Assembly (NCBI GenBank): GCA_050575255.1
Contig: JBNZDD010013726.1
Coordinates: forward strand, 620,001 to 684,000
Direction: 5' to 3'
Source: Harriotta raleighana
Lineage: Eukaryota
DNA: 64,000 nt
Below the pieces are notes generated by a model. That model had not been told where the DNA came from, ran no database searches, and saw only the letters and a program-made list of their open reading frames with translations. Made by a program: the position numbers and the translations under genes. Of this stretch, positions 13,501 to 28,500 are shown piece by piece (position 1 is the first letter of the stretch; each line of letters opens with the position of its first letter).

Positions 13501-16500
13501 TACTTGAGTCCCTTTGCCTCACACCTTCCCATAACTCTTTCAAGAGTCTTCCTCTTTTACTACACCTTTGGTAAACTTCTGACCCCACCACTGTTGGTCC
13601 AGTCTTCTCGAAACCAATTTCTAGCTGTAAGCCCTCAACTGTCCAGCGCCTTGGGAGATTCCTCCCAACGTGAAATATAAATGTAATTTGTTGTTGCTTT
13701 TTTTTTAAATGTTAATGAAGCTCACCAGTTTTATCCTAAAATACACAGACATTTTAAGCACTTCTAATTGCGGCACGCTACTGAAGAAAGTTACACTTTA
13801 AAGTGGTAAATGATGTTAACAAAGTACCTTCTGGCTAAAGGGGCTATATCAAATGGAAAGATTGTTATTACTTTATGGTGAAATACCTGTATTTTGCAAT
13901 GATGCAATTATTATCAGCAGCAGAATTTAACCCAAGACTGAAATCAAATATATTAATTTAGAGTATTGGATAGCTATATTTCACTAAAGATTACTTGTAA
14001 GGATATTATCTAGTGTTAATTATGTATTTAAATAGGAATTTGACATATTAAGCATCAGCAATTGAAACCATTCATAATTAATTTAGCAGCCCAGCATCTT
14101 TTAAAACAACGTATGTTGATGTATCTGCTTTGTCTTTAAGTTTGAGATGGGTATCTCACACCTATTTCAGCAGATTGATAAAGCTGTTGTCTATGAACAA
14201 TGAAACACTCAAACATTGTTGCTTAACCTTTGGCAATTTAAGCTAGAGGACAAATAATTACTTTTGTATCTGGACATCAAAATTAGATTATGATTCTGGT
14301 AATTCAATTGTGTATCATATCTAAATTGGAAATGCTCCAATTCAGTTATAACTCAAGTTAGAAATTCTTACCTCCACCATGGCTTTTGGTAGAAGCTCAG
14401 CACGGAAGAGCTGTAACATTGCATCCATAATGTTCTTCCACCCCTCTCTAAGAATGTCGCCATGACGATGAGCCAAGTTAAACACAGTTTTGGCAGCAAG
14501 TTGAGCCTTCGGGTTGCTTCCAAAAACATTTGGAAGGTTCTCCACTGACTGCATAAAAAGACACCATATTAAAAAAAAATCATGAAATCAACTCAGTCAT
14601 GAATTTATTTCACAGCACATCATTCCCACATATTTTCTACTGTCTGAAATCAAATTCATGGGCAAAATATGTAAATACTCCATGCAATCTTACATTTTCA
14701 GTACAAAGGGTTTATTTCTATACAATTCCAGGTGTTCACTACATAATCAATTTACCATATCTCTCTCATTTTACAAGAGATCAAGTCAAGACTGAAATTC
14801 TATTGTTTTGAAAGCTCATTTGTTCATTTACTGGCATAGGCGCTTTCCCCAGCAACTACAAGATTTTACCTAAAAATTGCCAAGCACATCATGTAATATT
14901 TAAACAACCACATGTCAAATCACACTAAAAATCCATAATTACTTGGTCAATAAGTTTTGGTTATTGGTTTAAATGTTAAATACAATGTACTCTTCAGGAA
15001 AAAAAGTTAAATTACCACCGTATGAAATGTCCAAACATTTTGAAATCTCTGTTTCATCCTAAAAATGTGCAAGGATTACAAGTCACTTACCTCGCTGCTG
15101 AGAGCTGTAAACTTGCACAGAGAAATGATAAGGTTGTCAAACACATCACTAAGTCCATAATGAGCTGAGATCATTGCACATTTCCTGAATATAGAAGATA
15201 AAAAGAATAAATTATCATGACATAATATAATTAATGGATATACACAGAATCATTTGTTGATTTGATCAAACCTGTGTAATTGTAATATTCTGACTGTCCG
15301 CATTTACTTTATGTCAGCTTTATGGAAGACATTGGCCTTGCAAGCAAGAGGACTTGGGTTCAATTCCCGGGTAGTGAAACATTAGGTCACCTGAGTCAGG
15401 TCTTTCGAGGCGGGAGGCCAAAACCAATCAAATCCATAACAAATTTTAAAAACACAGTTAGATTTAATGGACACAAGCACATAATTTGAGCCAAAAGCCT
15501 TGAAATAAGCCGGAGTCGTTATACATAAATTGCTGGTACAGTTTGAACAGGTGAATGAGCTGACCCACTTCTTATGTGATCCTCGAAGGTACAACACAAT
15601 GCCTGCTCAAACCTCCAGTGTATTTATCCCCTTATATATTCACACACACAAAATACACGTTATTAGTTGATGAGTTTTCATGCAAAACATCCTTTAACTG
15701 AGATAGTGCAAGCCAGGTCATATTCCTTCTATTTGAGACAGTTTCTCCTACCTGTGGGGTGTAAATCACCAAAACAATATCATGCAACATTCTAACAGAC
15801 TCTGTTCAAAAGAGTATTCAATCGAAATTGCAGGTTCCTTGGTCATGATGTCACCACTGCCGCCCCAGTTGGTCCAACATTGAACTTATTTTTCTCTATC
15901 TCTATCCTAAATTGTACACTGTAAAAGTATCTATGCATTCGGTACCAGTCAAAAGAAACTGGATCTGTATGTATGTGCAAAGTTGCATACATGTACTCAA
16001 GTTTGTGGAAATCACAATGTTTGGAGTCATTGTATCCTTAGCAATTTTTTGTGTAACTGCACACAAACGCTTACTTTTTTAAAATTATACACAAGAATGT
16101 TATACAGCCTATATACAGAGCTAATTGCATGCAGACAATTAGATTACTATGAATTTTTGATGCACATGAATACTGTTTTTACCTGAAACCTGAAATTGCC
16201 TTTTGTATTATACTTTCATCTAAGCTCTTGTCAAATACATATGAGAGTGCAGCTATTGTAGGTCCCCATGTCATGGTGAACAGATCATGATCATAGCTTC
16301 CAGGGGGTACATGTAGGAAAATGCCTTCCGGCGAGCTCCCACGATTCTGAAGAACATTCCACAGATAGTTCTCCTTCACAAAACCAGTTTGCTCCTCTGG
16401 CATCACAATCTCATCATTTCTTGAAAGAAAAAAAGATTAAAACCAGTTTAGAGATTCGCATTGGAGCAATCGAAGATTTACACAGTACTTTTCTTTGAAA

Positions 16501-19500
16501 AATAAAGAAGCGCAATTTCAATCACTGAGGAAATACCCACTGTTTAAGTTTTATGGAAGTCTATTTCCTCACCTTTCTGTATAGAAATTAATTACGAATC
16601 ATTTACCTCAAAGAGCACAACACATTGGAAACAATTATTTAAAATTGTATTTATAATTTCAGTTGTTATTAATGAAAAAAGTTAAATGTTACAAAATTAA
16701 TTATTTTCTCCCCAAAACTCCTTCTTGTTCAAAGGAATGTTACAATAGAAGCAGTCTTGTTCAGCTCTCAGAGTTAATTGCTAATCTTTATAACATAATC
16801 TTTAGATCAAACTGAGACACAAGAACAGGACAATGCATAGTTTGCTTTTCATATTCATGCAAAACAAACCAGTTTGATTAAAAAATTACTGCACCATAAA
16901 AGATTTTAAATAATTTACTGGATAGAGCATACGACCAAAATAAGAAAAGGCCAGAACTGTAGAATAACAAACGAAAATACTACAACAGTTAAAGTAACTC
17001 ACCACGAAAAAATCTATAGAGCTAATTTATTAAATGTACACCTAGAAAGCTTGCGTTATGGGTCCAATGATGGGTTTACATTAAATCATGTTGAGCTTCT
17101 TACACTAGTCTGCACTTAATTTAATTGCTAACCTCAACACCCCCTTTACCCATCATGATGATTCTCCAAAAGGCTTCTTATGCAACATTTAATTATTAGT
17201 AGCTCACAAGCAATTGAGAAATACAAATATGAATTACTTTCTTTATATAATCCCTGAAATTAAGTTTTGCAAAATGCAGTTTTCAATTTCAAGCTTCATC
17301 ATATTAACACCAACCTATGTAAAAAAATATTATGAGAAGTTAAAAAATATAAAAATGTTCCCATGAGTCAACTATCTCTTGACATTAATCTATGTAGGTG
17401 GTATAAATGAAATATTTAATACTGTGTGCAAAAGCAAGGTAGCTTTCAAGAATTATGAATTGCATGTGTTCCCAGATTGAAACCATCTGAGACTAAAATA
17501 TGTACATCCTGCATCTCAGGCAGTTTGAGCTCCTCGTCTTTGAAGCAACCAATCCCTGGCATTACAGTAAATTAAATCAAGAATATTTTCCCATATTTCT
17601 TAAATCTTTGGCAAAGTCTCTTTTGCATAAAACTTCATATGAATTTAGAAATATAAAGATATAAAAATACAAGTAATTACTGCAAAGTGAAATAATTCTC
17701 TTGAAAGGAAAGGGTAAGAATGAAAATAGTTTACATGAATCTGATTGGATTGAATCAATTGCCTAATACTGCGAGTTCCATGTTTAAAACCACATTATAA
17801 CCACCCAGGCTTTTCTATGAGGACCATATGAACTAGGACAACTGCCATCAACCAAACATAGATTGTTCCCTGTGTGCTCATACTCATGTGGCGGTCTCTT
17901 TGTATTTTATTAAGTCCAGTGATTTTCTGAAGTAAATATCTTACATTTCTGGCACAGGTCAACAGTGAGTTTCTGTTTTGCCAGCTGCAACTATATTGTC
18001 TACAAGACACGTTTTCACCCATACTGTTTTTGAAATGCCATTTATAGTCAAATTAAATCATGTGCCAATTCAAAAAGCAATCCCATTCTTGATCGCAGTC
18101 CAATTACTATGGCTTGACTCATGCTCATTCATGGATGGCCACTTGTTGATCAGAAGGTTGCAAACAAAGTGGAATTACAGCCAAACATGATTCACTGACT
18201 TCAGCAGAAATACATTTGTTATCTTTATATGGTCTATTATGAAAAACATTGAAATATATTTGGTGACCAAAAAAGCAATTAATAGATTTTAAATTTTAAT
18301 ATCAGGATAGCAAAGAAACTGAAGCAGCTTTGAACAAAAAAATCCATAGTCTATTCAGAGTGAATAAAGAGAAGCAAACTTACTTGATTGCATTATAGAG
18401 GTCTTCCAACATATCTTGGTCAAATTCTTTGGAGCCATTGACCCCTTTCAGATTCTTTTTGAACTCCTGTGTGTTAAGAAAGAAAGCTAATGGAACACAT
18501 TTTTATCAAAATGTATTGATAATTCAGAAGATAGCTGATATTTTAAACACACAACTTATTTCTGAACCTTTCAAAATACTGTAAGGTGAAAAGACATGAC
18601 ATAAGAATGGAAAATGTGTCCTTCCCTTTTGTTAATAAAAATAAGGTGTTGTGACTGTGTATTATTTTATGCAAGTCACGAGATAAAGGTAAACTATTTT
18701 AAAATAATATTAAAATATCGTAAGATACAAAATTTTCATTTATATAATTAAAAATTACACAAACTTGCAAACTAATAAACTAAATCTAACAAGCACTCAA
18801 GATGGCCATCAAAGGGTTATTATTATCCATTTCTAATCTTAAAGTAGCTGGATGTGTCACAAGGTATAGCACTATCTGAGAATAGAATTTAAAGCAACTG
18901 CCTTGAATATTAAACTCATGTGATTTAGATTGAAGATAATATGTCGATATGATGCTCAAAGATTTTAAAAAACACATTAAATCAGAATAAGAACTTTGTG
19001 CAACTGAGAAATTTTATTCTCACTTTTCAAGGATTCTAAAATGGATAGTGACCTTTTCTGTTAACAACTATCTAGAGTATTTCACTTCACCTTTTCACAA
19101 AGCAAGAGTAATATGATGCTGATGACCTCCCTCCAACCTCCTGCTGCCAGTTAATTAGTGACTGCCAATGTTTTTTTTACCCGTCCTATTTATCCAGCAA
19201 CTGACAGTCGCACTTAGGCCACTCTAAATACACATTACATATCCAATTCTAAAGTTCTGGCAGTCAGACAGAACAAGTTATTTTAAAATAGTATCTGCTC
19301 TAGTTGTGAACTTTTCTTGCATGAGAAACAAGACATGTATGCCATTCATGAAGGCAGATCAGAATGTTTTTTTAATGCAGCTACCAAATTCAGGGTAACT
19401 TTTGTTAAAGCACCAATGGCTGAATCCAATATCACATCAGACAAAGCAAAGCACTAAATAATGGCTAACTACAGTCATCAGGTCACCAATGTCTTAATTT

Positions 19501-22500
19501 CATTGTGTGTATGTGCCCTATGCAAAGGACGCACTAATTATATCATTTCCTGCACCCAATGCGCAAGCAAAACTGCTGATGTAATTTCTTTGCAGTCTTT
19601 CCTTCACATAAGTGATGTTCATGGTGCTTTCTAATAACTCAGTAACTTATTAAAGCTGAACAGATCTTTCAACTCCAATGCCTCACCATTATGCCCCCAA
19701 ATAACAAGAACCCAAATATAAGTTAATTTAAAAAAAATCTCAGTTGATTCTGCCACCGCTGCTTAGTAAGGCCCAGCATTCCACATTTTCGCAGCATGCT
19801 ACGTGAATAAATGCTCTTTGGCCTCAGTGCTAGTTGTCTTAGTTCCGATTTTAAGAGTGTCTAATCGTAATCTGTCTAATAGAGTATGCATAACCTGATA
19901 ACTGGCAAATTAAGTTCAAGAGAAAACAGTTAGAAATTAATAAATACAGGTGTTTTACAGACAAAGTAAGAACATCAAACATGTCTGTGCTGATAGGAAC
20001 ATGGAAATATTATCTGTGTTATAATAATCCTTGCATTTGATATAGTGCATTTCACGTCTTCTAGATGTCTCAAAGTGCTTCACAGAATATACTGTAAAGT
20101 GAATTGACTGTATATTTGTGGGCGAAATACAGCAGCTAATTGCACACAGCAGTGTCCCACAAACAGTCATGGATTGAAATGACCAATTCCATTATTGTGC
20201 TTTTTTTCGAGGGATTTTTATGTTATTATTATGTTATGCAGCTGCTTGTGGTTGAACATTGTAGAAGACTGCTCAATTGCCTTTGGAATCAAGGACATTT
20301 TAAAAAAAGATTGTAACCTTCAAGGATATTTTAAACTGTTATCTCCCTCAGCAGATTAAATAAATTGTTTCAAGCCTGTGACATTTCACTTGTGTTTGAT
20401 AAGCAAGAAGGAAACGATTTGATAGGCCAAATAAAATGGCCTTTGATAGTTTCATAGAATTGAGTCATAATATTTATTCTATGAGGGAAATAAAACACAC
20501 TAGTAAAGAACACATATCAATATATACTCAAATCGACATACCTCCAGTGTCATTGGCACGTTTTGCTTGCGGACATTGTGATTGTGCTGATCTGTGTTCA
20601 GCATTATTACTGCATAGGCAAGAGCAAAGCAGGCATCATTGTTGACAAATGGTGAACCATTAATTTTCTGTGATACAAAAAGTTCAGAAAATTTCGATTA
20701 AAAAAAATAACTAGTTCAAGATTTTGCAAACCCTATGAAGTACACATTTTAAATCCTAGTCAGAATACACAATATGTCATTTACCATGCATTGAACAAAA
20801 ACTATCTTGTGACATTAAGTGGTTAAAGGGGACATATAGTCTAGAGGGAGTACCTCCTTGTTTAAATAAATCCCTCTGCATTGAGAGAACAAATCCCATA
20901 AAATAGTTTACCTACAACAAGAAATCCTCACTGTAAAATGAGAAAAGAAACCGAACTCATTCTAACATGTTTTCGAAACAGTTTGTAATAGCTCCTTCAG
21001 CCCTGGTTAATATCGGAACTGCAAACTATTTAATCGTGCAACCTGCAATGATGAATCCTTTAAGGAATTTGACAGCTATCAAAATACATTTTCCATCAGA
21101 AAACATTTCCAAAAATAAAATTTCCCAAGAAATAATGGTCAGCTATATGGTAGAATCAGACATATGTCTGCAACCATGGAACATCACTCAATATATTCTC
21201 AGAATAAATTAGGAAAAAGTAACACACACGAGGCACAGAATTTCCTGGGAATTGACCTGCTAATCATTTCTCTGTAAACCTGTTGTAATGAGGTCATAAC
21301 CAATAAACCTCTTCTACGTTCACCATAAACCAAGTACAAGGAGGACACTAACAGCTGTTGATGCCCCAATAATTCACAAACACAAAATAAAAATGCTTAA
21401 GAATCATATACTGTACATTATAAATAAAAGATAAGGTGCAAAACTCCAGAGTAAAGATTAAAAGGCAATAACAGTGTTGGATTCAGGTGATCTATAAATT
21501 ATTTGAGATGCTTTCCCACTGTCCTATAAACCGATAAATACCTCCTTTTTTCTGCAGTCTTGTTTTCTACCCCATCCTCTCTACATTTTGAAGCTACAGA
21601 GCAATAATAATAATAATCCTTGCATTTGATATAGCGCTTTTCACGACTTTTAGGCATATTAAAGCGCTTCACAGAATATACTGAAAACTGAATTGACTGT
21701 ATATTTGTGGGCAAAATGCGGCAGCTAATTGCGCAAAACAGTGTCCCACAGTCAAGGATTGAAATGACCAATGACAGTAAAAGCCTGTTTATCCATGATC
21801 CGATCAACCATAACCTCCGTATAATCGGCACCTCAAGATAAAGGTCCCCATTCGAATAAGCAGATCTTATCCGATGCGATCGCAGTGGCACATTTAATGA
21901 GTCGATTTTCGCACAAGTACAGTACGATTAATTCTGAATGCTGCTGGTAGTGGCACTTCCGGTTTTTCCTCTTAAATCGGCGCTGTCAGTTTTTCCTCTC
22001 CCTCTCTCCTTTTTCTTTCTCTCCCTCTTTTTTTTCTCTCTCCCTCTCCTTCCTTCATCTCTCCCTCTTTCTAACCCTTCCCTTTTCTTTCTTTCTTTCT
22101 TAAGCCACTAGCATCTGCTGTTGTAGAAGTTTGCTTTGTGATTGTGTGCTGTGTTTATAGACTGTAATCAATGTGTATTGCTTTATTGGTAAGTATCCAT
22201 ACAATATTCTGTTATTATTTAGTCTATTATTAAAATAGTATGTTTTGTGTATTTTTCCGAATATTCGGCATGCCATTTAACCAGTATTGACCAGATTCCA
22301 AGGGTGCCGAATAAACGGGCTTTTACTGTAATTAGTTTATAAAACTGCAACTCTCCAGTTTAAACAGCAAAGCATAGCTGACACACACTATTGAATTGTG
22401 CTGATACACAATGGGCACTTTCTCCTACAAATCTAAAAACTTAATCACCCAGATTCCTTGAAAACCTGTAACCAAAATGCATATTAAGCAGATCGCAATA

Positions 22501-25500
22501 TGAGAACTCAACTCTACCCAAGGACAGAACAGTTTAGAACCTGGGAACATAACTCAGTGCTGCTGATCTCTAAAGCAGGCATCAATGTCAAACCTTCTGA
22601 ACCTTCAATGCACTTAAGTATTAGTAATGCTGACAATAACAGTAACATACGTGTATTCTCCTCCTTCCAAAAGAAATACAAAGCAACCAGATGTTAGCTG
22701 GGGGCGGGGGAAAATCAATAAAACATGATACCAATAGGGCAGCAGGACACTACTGTTTGAATGGAAATTATATGTAGGGATCAGGAAGGAATGCAAGCAC
22801 TGAAACAGATAAGTGTACAATAGTGTTGGCAATGCACAGAAGAAGCCACCAGCACAATTTTCTCCACATTATAAATGTCCAGTGTTTATAACTCTGAATT
22901 TACAGTGTACATACGTGCCAGTGATCTGTAAAGACTTCCAGCAATCTGTGAATGACAGGAGCTTCACCAGGAAGTCTGAAGGCTTCTAGATACGAGCGTA
23001 ATGCTTCATCAACTCTCAATCCTTGGAAGGTAAAAGTCCTGGTGTGTTTAAACATCAGCAGTAAGTAATCAGTAACCGTTAGCCTCCTCAAAAGCAATAT
23101 CAGAATACTGTTTCAGGTAATGAGTCTTCACCATGAAAAGAATATCATCTGAATGAATGCACCTAAATTATGTTATGCAGTTATGTACAAATCAGAATGT
23201 CTTTCTCTTGTATAAACATTTGAAAATATTTAAAATAAAAGTTGAAACAATTATGTTGGGTCAGAGAACATTGCATCATTGTATCAAATTCTGCTTTAAT
23301 TTCAAATATCCACCAACATTGTACAGGTATCTCCTGATTTACGATGCTTCTATTTACATTGTTTCGATTTAACAAACAATTTTTAAACACCTTTTTAATC
23401 GATAAACGACATTTAGTTTCGTTTTAACAACCAAAAAATTTGGCGCATCTTTTTTGCGCATGCGTAGTACATGGTGTATTTTGCGGTAAAACCGTATTTG
23501 GTGCATCTTTTTTGTTCATACGCAGTACTTAGTGTATTTCGCAGTAAAATCGCGGTCGCACCCGATATAGTGTATCCAAGCATTTGAACTGGCCAATATC
23601 TGTTTGTGTGTCTGTCTCTCTCGCTCTCACTCATTCACTCACTCATGCTACAACAATTGCAGCACAATGACATTGTATAGACTGACACAGACAGAGACAT
23701 ACAGAGAGAGAGAGACACACACATACACTTAGAGACAGAGAGACTGAAGAGAAAGAGAGGGAATGATAGGTGCATTCATTCACACTATAGATAGTTTTGT
23801 GTGTTATTTTGTGTGTTTTGTGTGTTATTTAGTGGGTTTAAGGTCTGAAAATTGTGTGAAAAGAACGTTATATAATGGGACCGCATGAGAAACCATGTTT
23901 CGATTTATGAGGTTTTGATTTGTGTGACATTTTTCAGGAATGCCACCCTGTCGTAAATCGGGGGATACCTGTATCTCCTTTAGGTGGAAGTCTGAAGCAA
24001 GAAAAAAAAGTTCTCTTGGAGAGAGAATTCCTCTCCTTGAACATTACCCGGTACTTTGCCCCCTCTTCTCCGCATTTCTGCTTATGTACATCATATAAAA
24101 TAGCAACATACATTCTGGTTCATTGAGTCTAACTGAATTCTCTGAACCTGTACAAAAGCACGGATTCCTAATGAAAAAACAAACAATTTTCTCCCCAAAT
24201 CTAGAGGGATTATATTGAACAGAAATTGCTCATTTAAACTTTTCTTCCTCTTTAAGAACAAGTAATTAATATATGCAGTAAAACATGTATATGGAATAAA
24301 ATAAGCAGCTACATCTGAATCTTGTTGTGACCTCAATAATAGAGATAAGAATAAAAAAGATATTGCACAGGCAAATATTGTCAATATTAAATACTTCCCC
24401 CCTCTGAACCTTATTAAAACAGAGGTGCTGCACATAACTCAGACTGGAATTTCAGCCACATGGTAGGTGGGAGTTGTCCCATTTCTCCACAGCTTTTCAG
24501 CACCAATGGATACCCACTATTTCAGATATCCTTGCACATCAATCAGCTACTCCAGCAATGTCAATTATTGGCATGCCTGAAAACAGCTTCAAAGAGAATC
24601 AACATATTGACATACAGGACTGCCCTGGGTGTTGATTGGGATGCACTGTAGCCAGGAAATGTCAGTGCCAGCTGGGAACCATGAGTTGCCTGGAAACCAC
24701 TGCTCACGAAGTAAAGTTTTCCAGGCCTTTGTCCAAATAACATTGTATGAACAGTTTACAAGCAACAGACAGCTAAGTGAAAGGAATTATTGGCATTTAG
24801 GATATGTTTTAACAGTACTGAATAGCTTTACTTCTATATGATATAATTAAATTTTAAAAATGAAGCAATATTCAAAATACAGTGTAAAACAAACATAATC
24901 TATGTGGCACCAGTCTGGAAGAAATGTCAGCTGTCCATAATAATGGTGGAGCTCAGCTTCTCGCTACACCCTTGCCATGCAAACACATTGTTAAGTGATG
25001 GTTCTTATGTGTAATAACTTACATGCATTGAAATTATTGTAAGAGCAAAAAAAAAAGGAAACCATCAACTTAGCAACTTGCCGTATAAGGGAATTATCAT
25101 GTGAAGAATGAGCATTAATCACTTCAATCAATGATATCTGAGTCAATAGAATTATGATGGACATAATTGCTCATCTAAGGTGTAAGAAAGACCAGTTTAC
25201 ATAATCAATGAGTTATATATTCAGAGGAAGTAAATAGACTGAATGCCTTTTTATTTATCTATGAAACACTCGCCTTCTAGGGTCTCAAAAAAAATAATCT
25301 TGTTCCACCTCATTCATCATGTGCTGTAATCTGCAGTGTAAGCACAGAAAATTTCTGGATGACCAAAGCTAGCCCACTTTGAACTTCAATTGTAGTTAGC
25401 ATAACACTAATTGTTCAATTTTGAGATGATATAAACTTGTTCGTATTCACAATTGATTCAGAAACAAAGTAAAAAGGTTATAACCACATTTGCATACCCA

Positions 25501-28500
25501 ACAAAACTGTCCAGGAGTTCAATATTTTTCCGATCACTGACAAACTCTCCAATCATCTTTTTGTCCAGTCGTGGGTTTTCTCTGAGCCACTGAGCTATTT
25601 CGTTGTTGTCCATTGGGGAAGCAAGCAGGCCTTTCTCCTGAAGAAACTGAATGCCTTTTTTTGGTTTCTGATTAAACTGTTCTGTTCCTGTAATAAGCAA
25701 CTGAAGAAAAAAGAAAAATCATTTTGAATATCATTATTTAAATTTGTATGAGATGTTCTCAGGTGTTAAAACATAAGTTTGGGCCTTTTCACATGACCAA
25801 CAAAAACGCTGCATAGGTTCTTTGTTTAGATGTCAGCCTGGCTCAGTTCATAACTTTCCTCCTCTCAGAAGGTTGTGGGTTGAAGATCTATGTTGGGACT
25901 TTGAGTTCACAGTTTAGATTGACAAATAAATGCAGTGCTGGAGAATGTTGCCGTATGGTGCGCTCTTTGAAATGAGACATCAAACCAAGGTCTTGTTTGC
26001 CTGTTCGGGTGGATATTAATCAACCATGGCACTATTTGAAGAGAAGAAAGTTTTTCCCAGTATCTCAGCCAACAAATCCCAGAAAAAATTAGTCATTCAC
26101 TTGACAGTTTTTAATAATAATATAATCCTTGCATTTGATATAGCGCTTTTCACATCTTATCGACCTCTCAAAGCGCTTCATAGAATATACTGCACTGTAA
26201 AGTGAATTGACTGTTTACTTGTGGGCGAAAAAATTTCTGGAAAATTGGCTGCTATATTTGACTACAAATACAGTCACTCTACTTCACAGTAAAATCTTGA
26301 GTGGTACTTTGAGACATTTCAAAAACAAGATATAGAGTTATCTCAAATGCAAGGATTTTCATGGTATTTTCATGTAACAGAGTGGAAGTGCTGGGTTCAC
26401 TCAATCTTGCCATTCTGGTTACAGGCAATGCAATATACCATCATGGAGCACAAGCCAAGCATTTCTCGATGGAGAAATGTCTAAAATAATCAGAAACTAC
26501 AACCTAAGTGATTTTGCAATCTGCCAAAGAATTCTGAGCACATCAACGATCATCTTAGGGTGACAAAATTGACACTAGGATAAGGTTAGATTGAGTAAAT
26601 GAAAATTAAATTATTGTTGATGCTTGTCTATCTACATCCGTCATAAATCAGAAGATGGAATAAGAACTCAGTGTAGACTCCACCTTCTGATCCAGGCATT
26701 GCTTCTGCCCTAGTAGCTTCTTCATGTAACAAACAGTCGAAGTAGCAAATAGTGCTTCTTCTCATGAAGTATGTTTTTAATACATAGCTGCAGCACAACA
26801 TTTTAACATGTCATTTGAAAGTTGACTGCTTCGTATACAATGATGTATTTAAGCTCTCTGGGATGCTATTCTGCATGTGGGTTTGGGGACGCTATATAAA
26901 TGCAATCTGTTGTAGTTAACAAAACTATTGTAATTTTAGATCAAAAGCTTGTTCAAATGCTATAAAAGCTGTGGTTCTCGTTCATAACACTTTGCAGCAC
27001 TAAGGGAGGGATGAAGGAAAAAGAGAAAGGGGGAGAAAGAGAACTACAACTTGCACTCATACCATGTTCACAATGAGTATCAATTTGCAGCGCTTAACAA
27101 TGCTGGAGCCCGAGGGAGAGGTAACTGTAGGCACGATTGAAGAGAAAGGTCTTTAGGTGTGAAGTGAAACTGGAGAAGGAGGGGGCAAGGCAAAGGGTTT
27201 GAGGGAAAGAGTTCCGAAGTTTCAAGGTGTAGCACAGTCAAGAAAGGTGGAATGGAGGGGGTGAGAAACAAGCAGAAGGCCAGAGCCAGCCAAACAGAGG
27301 CAATGGAACATGGAAGGGGAGTAAGCAAGTTGGAAAGTTAGAGGCGCTTCAGGGCATGAAGGGATTTGTCAAAGACAGAGAGAGAGAAAGAGAACTAGAG
27401 ACAGCGAACAAGAGAGAAGAGAAGAGAAAGCAAGCAAGGACAGATGAATGCATCCATTAGATACACTTAATGATATGTGAATGGATATACATAGAACATT
27501 TCATATCTGTTAGAGCATGCAGTTACATTTAGAAGTAGTTTCCAAACATATGTACTATAAATAACTAAGTAACCAATCGGATAACAAAGTGAAGCTATGA
27601 TTTGATGACTTTCCATATTAGCCATTCATTTTTTGAACATCATTTTGTTTTTCAACTGTAGATTTGAGTTCACAGTTTCATTGGTTTAGTCATTTAATTA
27701 TTTATAATATATTTTGGAGAAATATTTTGCTTTGTCTGCACTGCCAGATATGAACTGTTCCATGGCTAGCTGTGCACAGTGTTATGTACACCAAATGAAT
27801 GAAGTGTTCTGTAATGTAATAAATATTGTTGTTTGAAAAATTCTTGTCCTCTTCATAGTTATCTGCAGAAAGCTCTCAATCTTATCCAATGTATCAAAAG
27901 GGAGAAAGCAAGTTGTATCATGATAAGGTAAAGGAAACTGCATGCTTCATAGCATGGCGAGGTATACTGACATTCAATACTTGCTGTTTTATCTGCGTTA
28001 CACAAGAAACTTTGGGAGCAGAGAAATAATTTATTCTGAAATCATACTGTTTTATATAAGCAGGTACTTCAGACAACATAATATTAGTAAAGCACCTAGA
28101 GGGATCAACTTATTAATAAAGAGCTATATTATTTTTATTCAATTAACTATTTGAAACATATCTCATTGCAGTTTGGAAAGGGATTTTAAAAGATTAAGTA
28201 CCCAATTTTATCAGATTGATCAAACACTGTATATTACCTTCTTCTTGCTCTTAATCTCAGACAACTCTTCAGCACTTGGTAGAAAAGAAGAAAATCGAGG
28301 TGGTTTCTTCGGAATCTTCTTCTCAACTGCAGAGAAACATATCTGTTAGAAATCATCCACAGTATTTTTTTTAAAATCTTCATTCAGCACAACACAAAAA
28401 AGTACTTTACATTTGTAACGGCAAAATTAGAAACCCGATCCTTGCATCAAAATCTACTTTCATATTACAAGTAAATTTGTTATTAAAAAGTGCACAAGTG

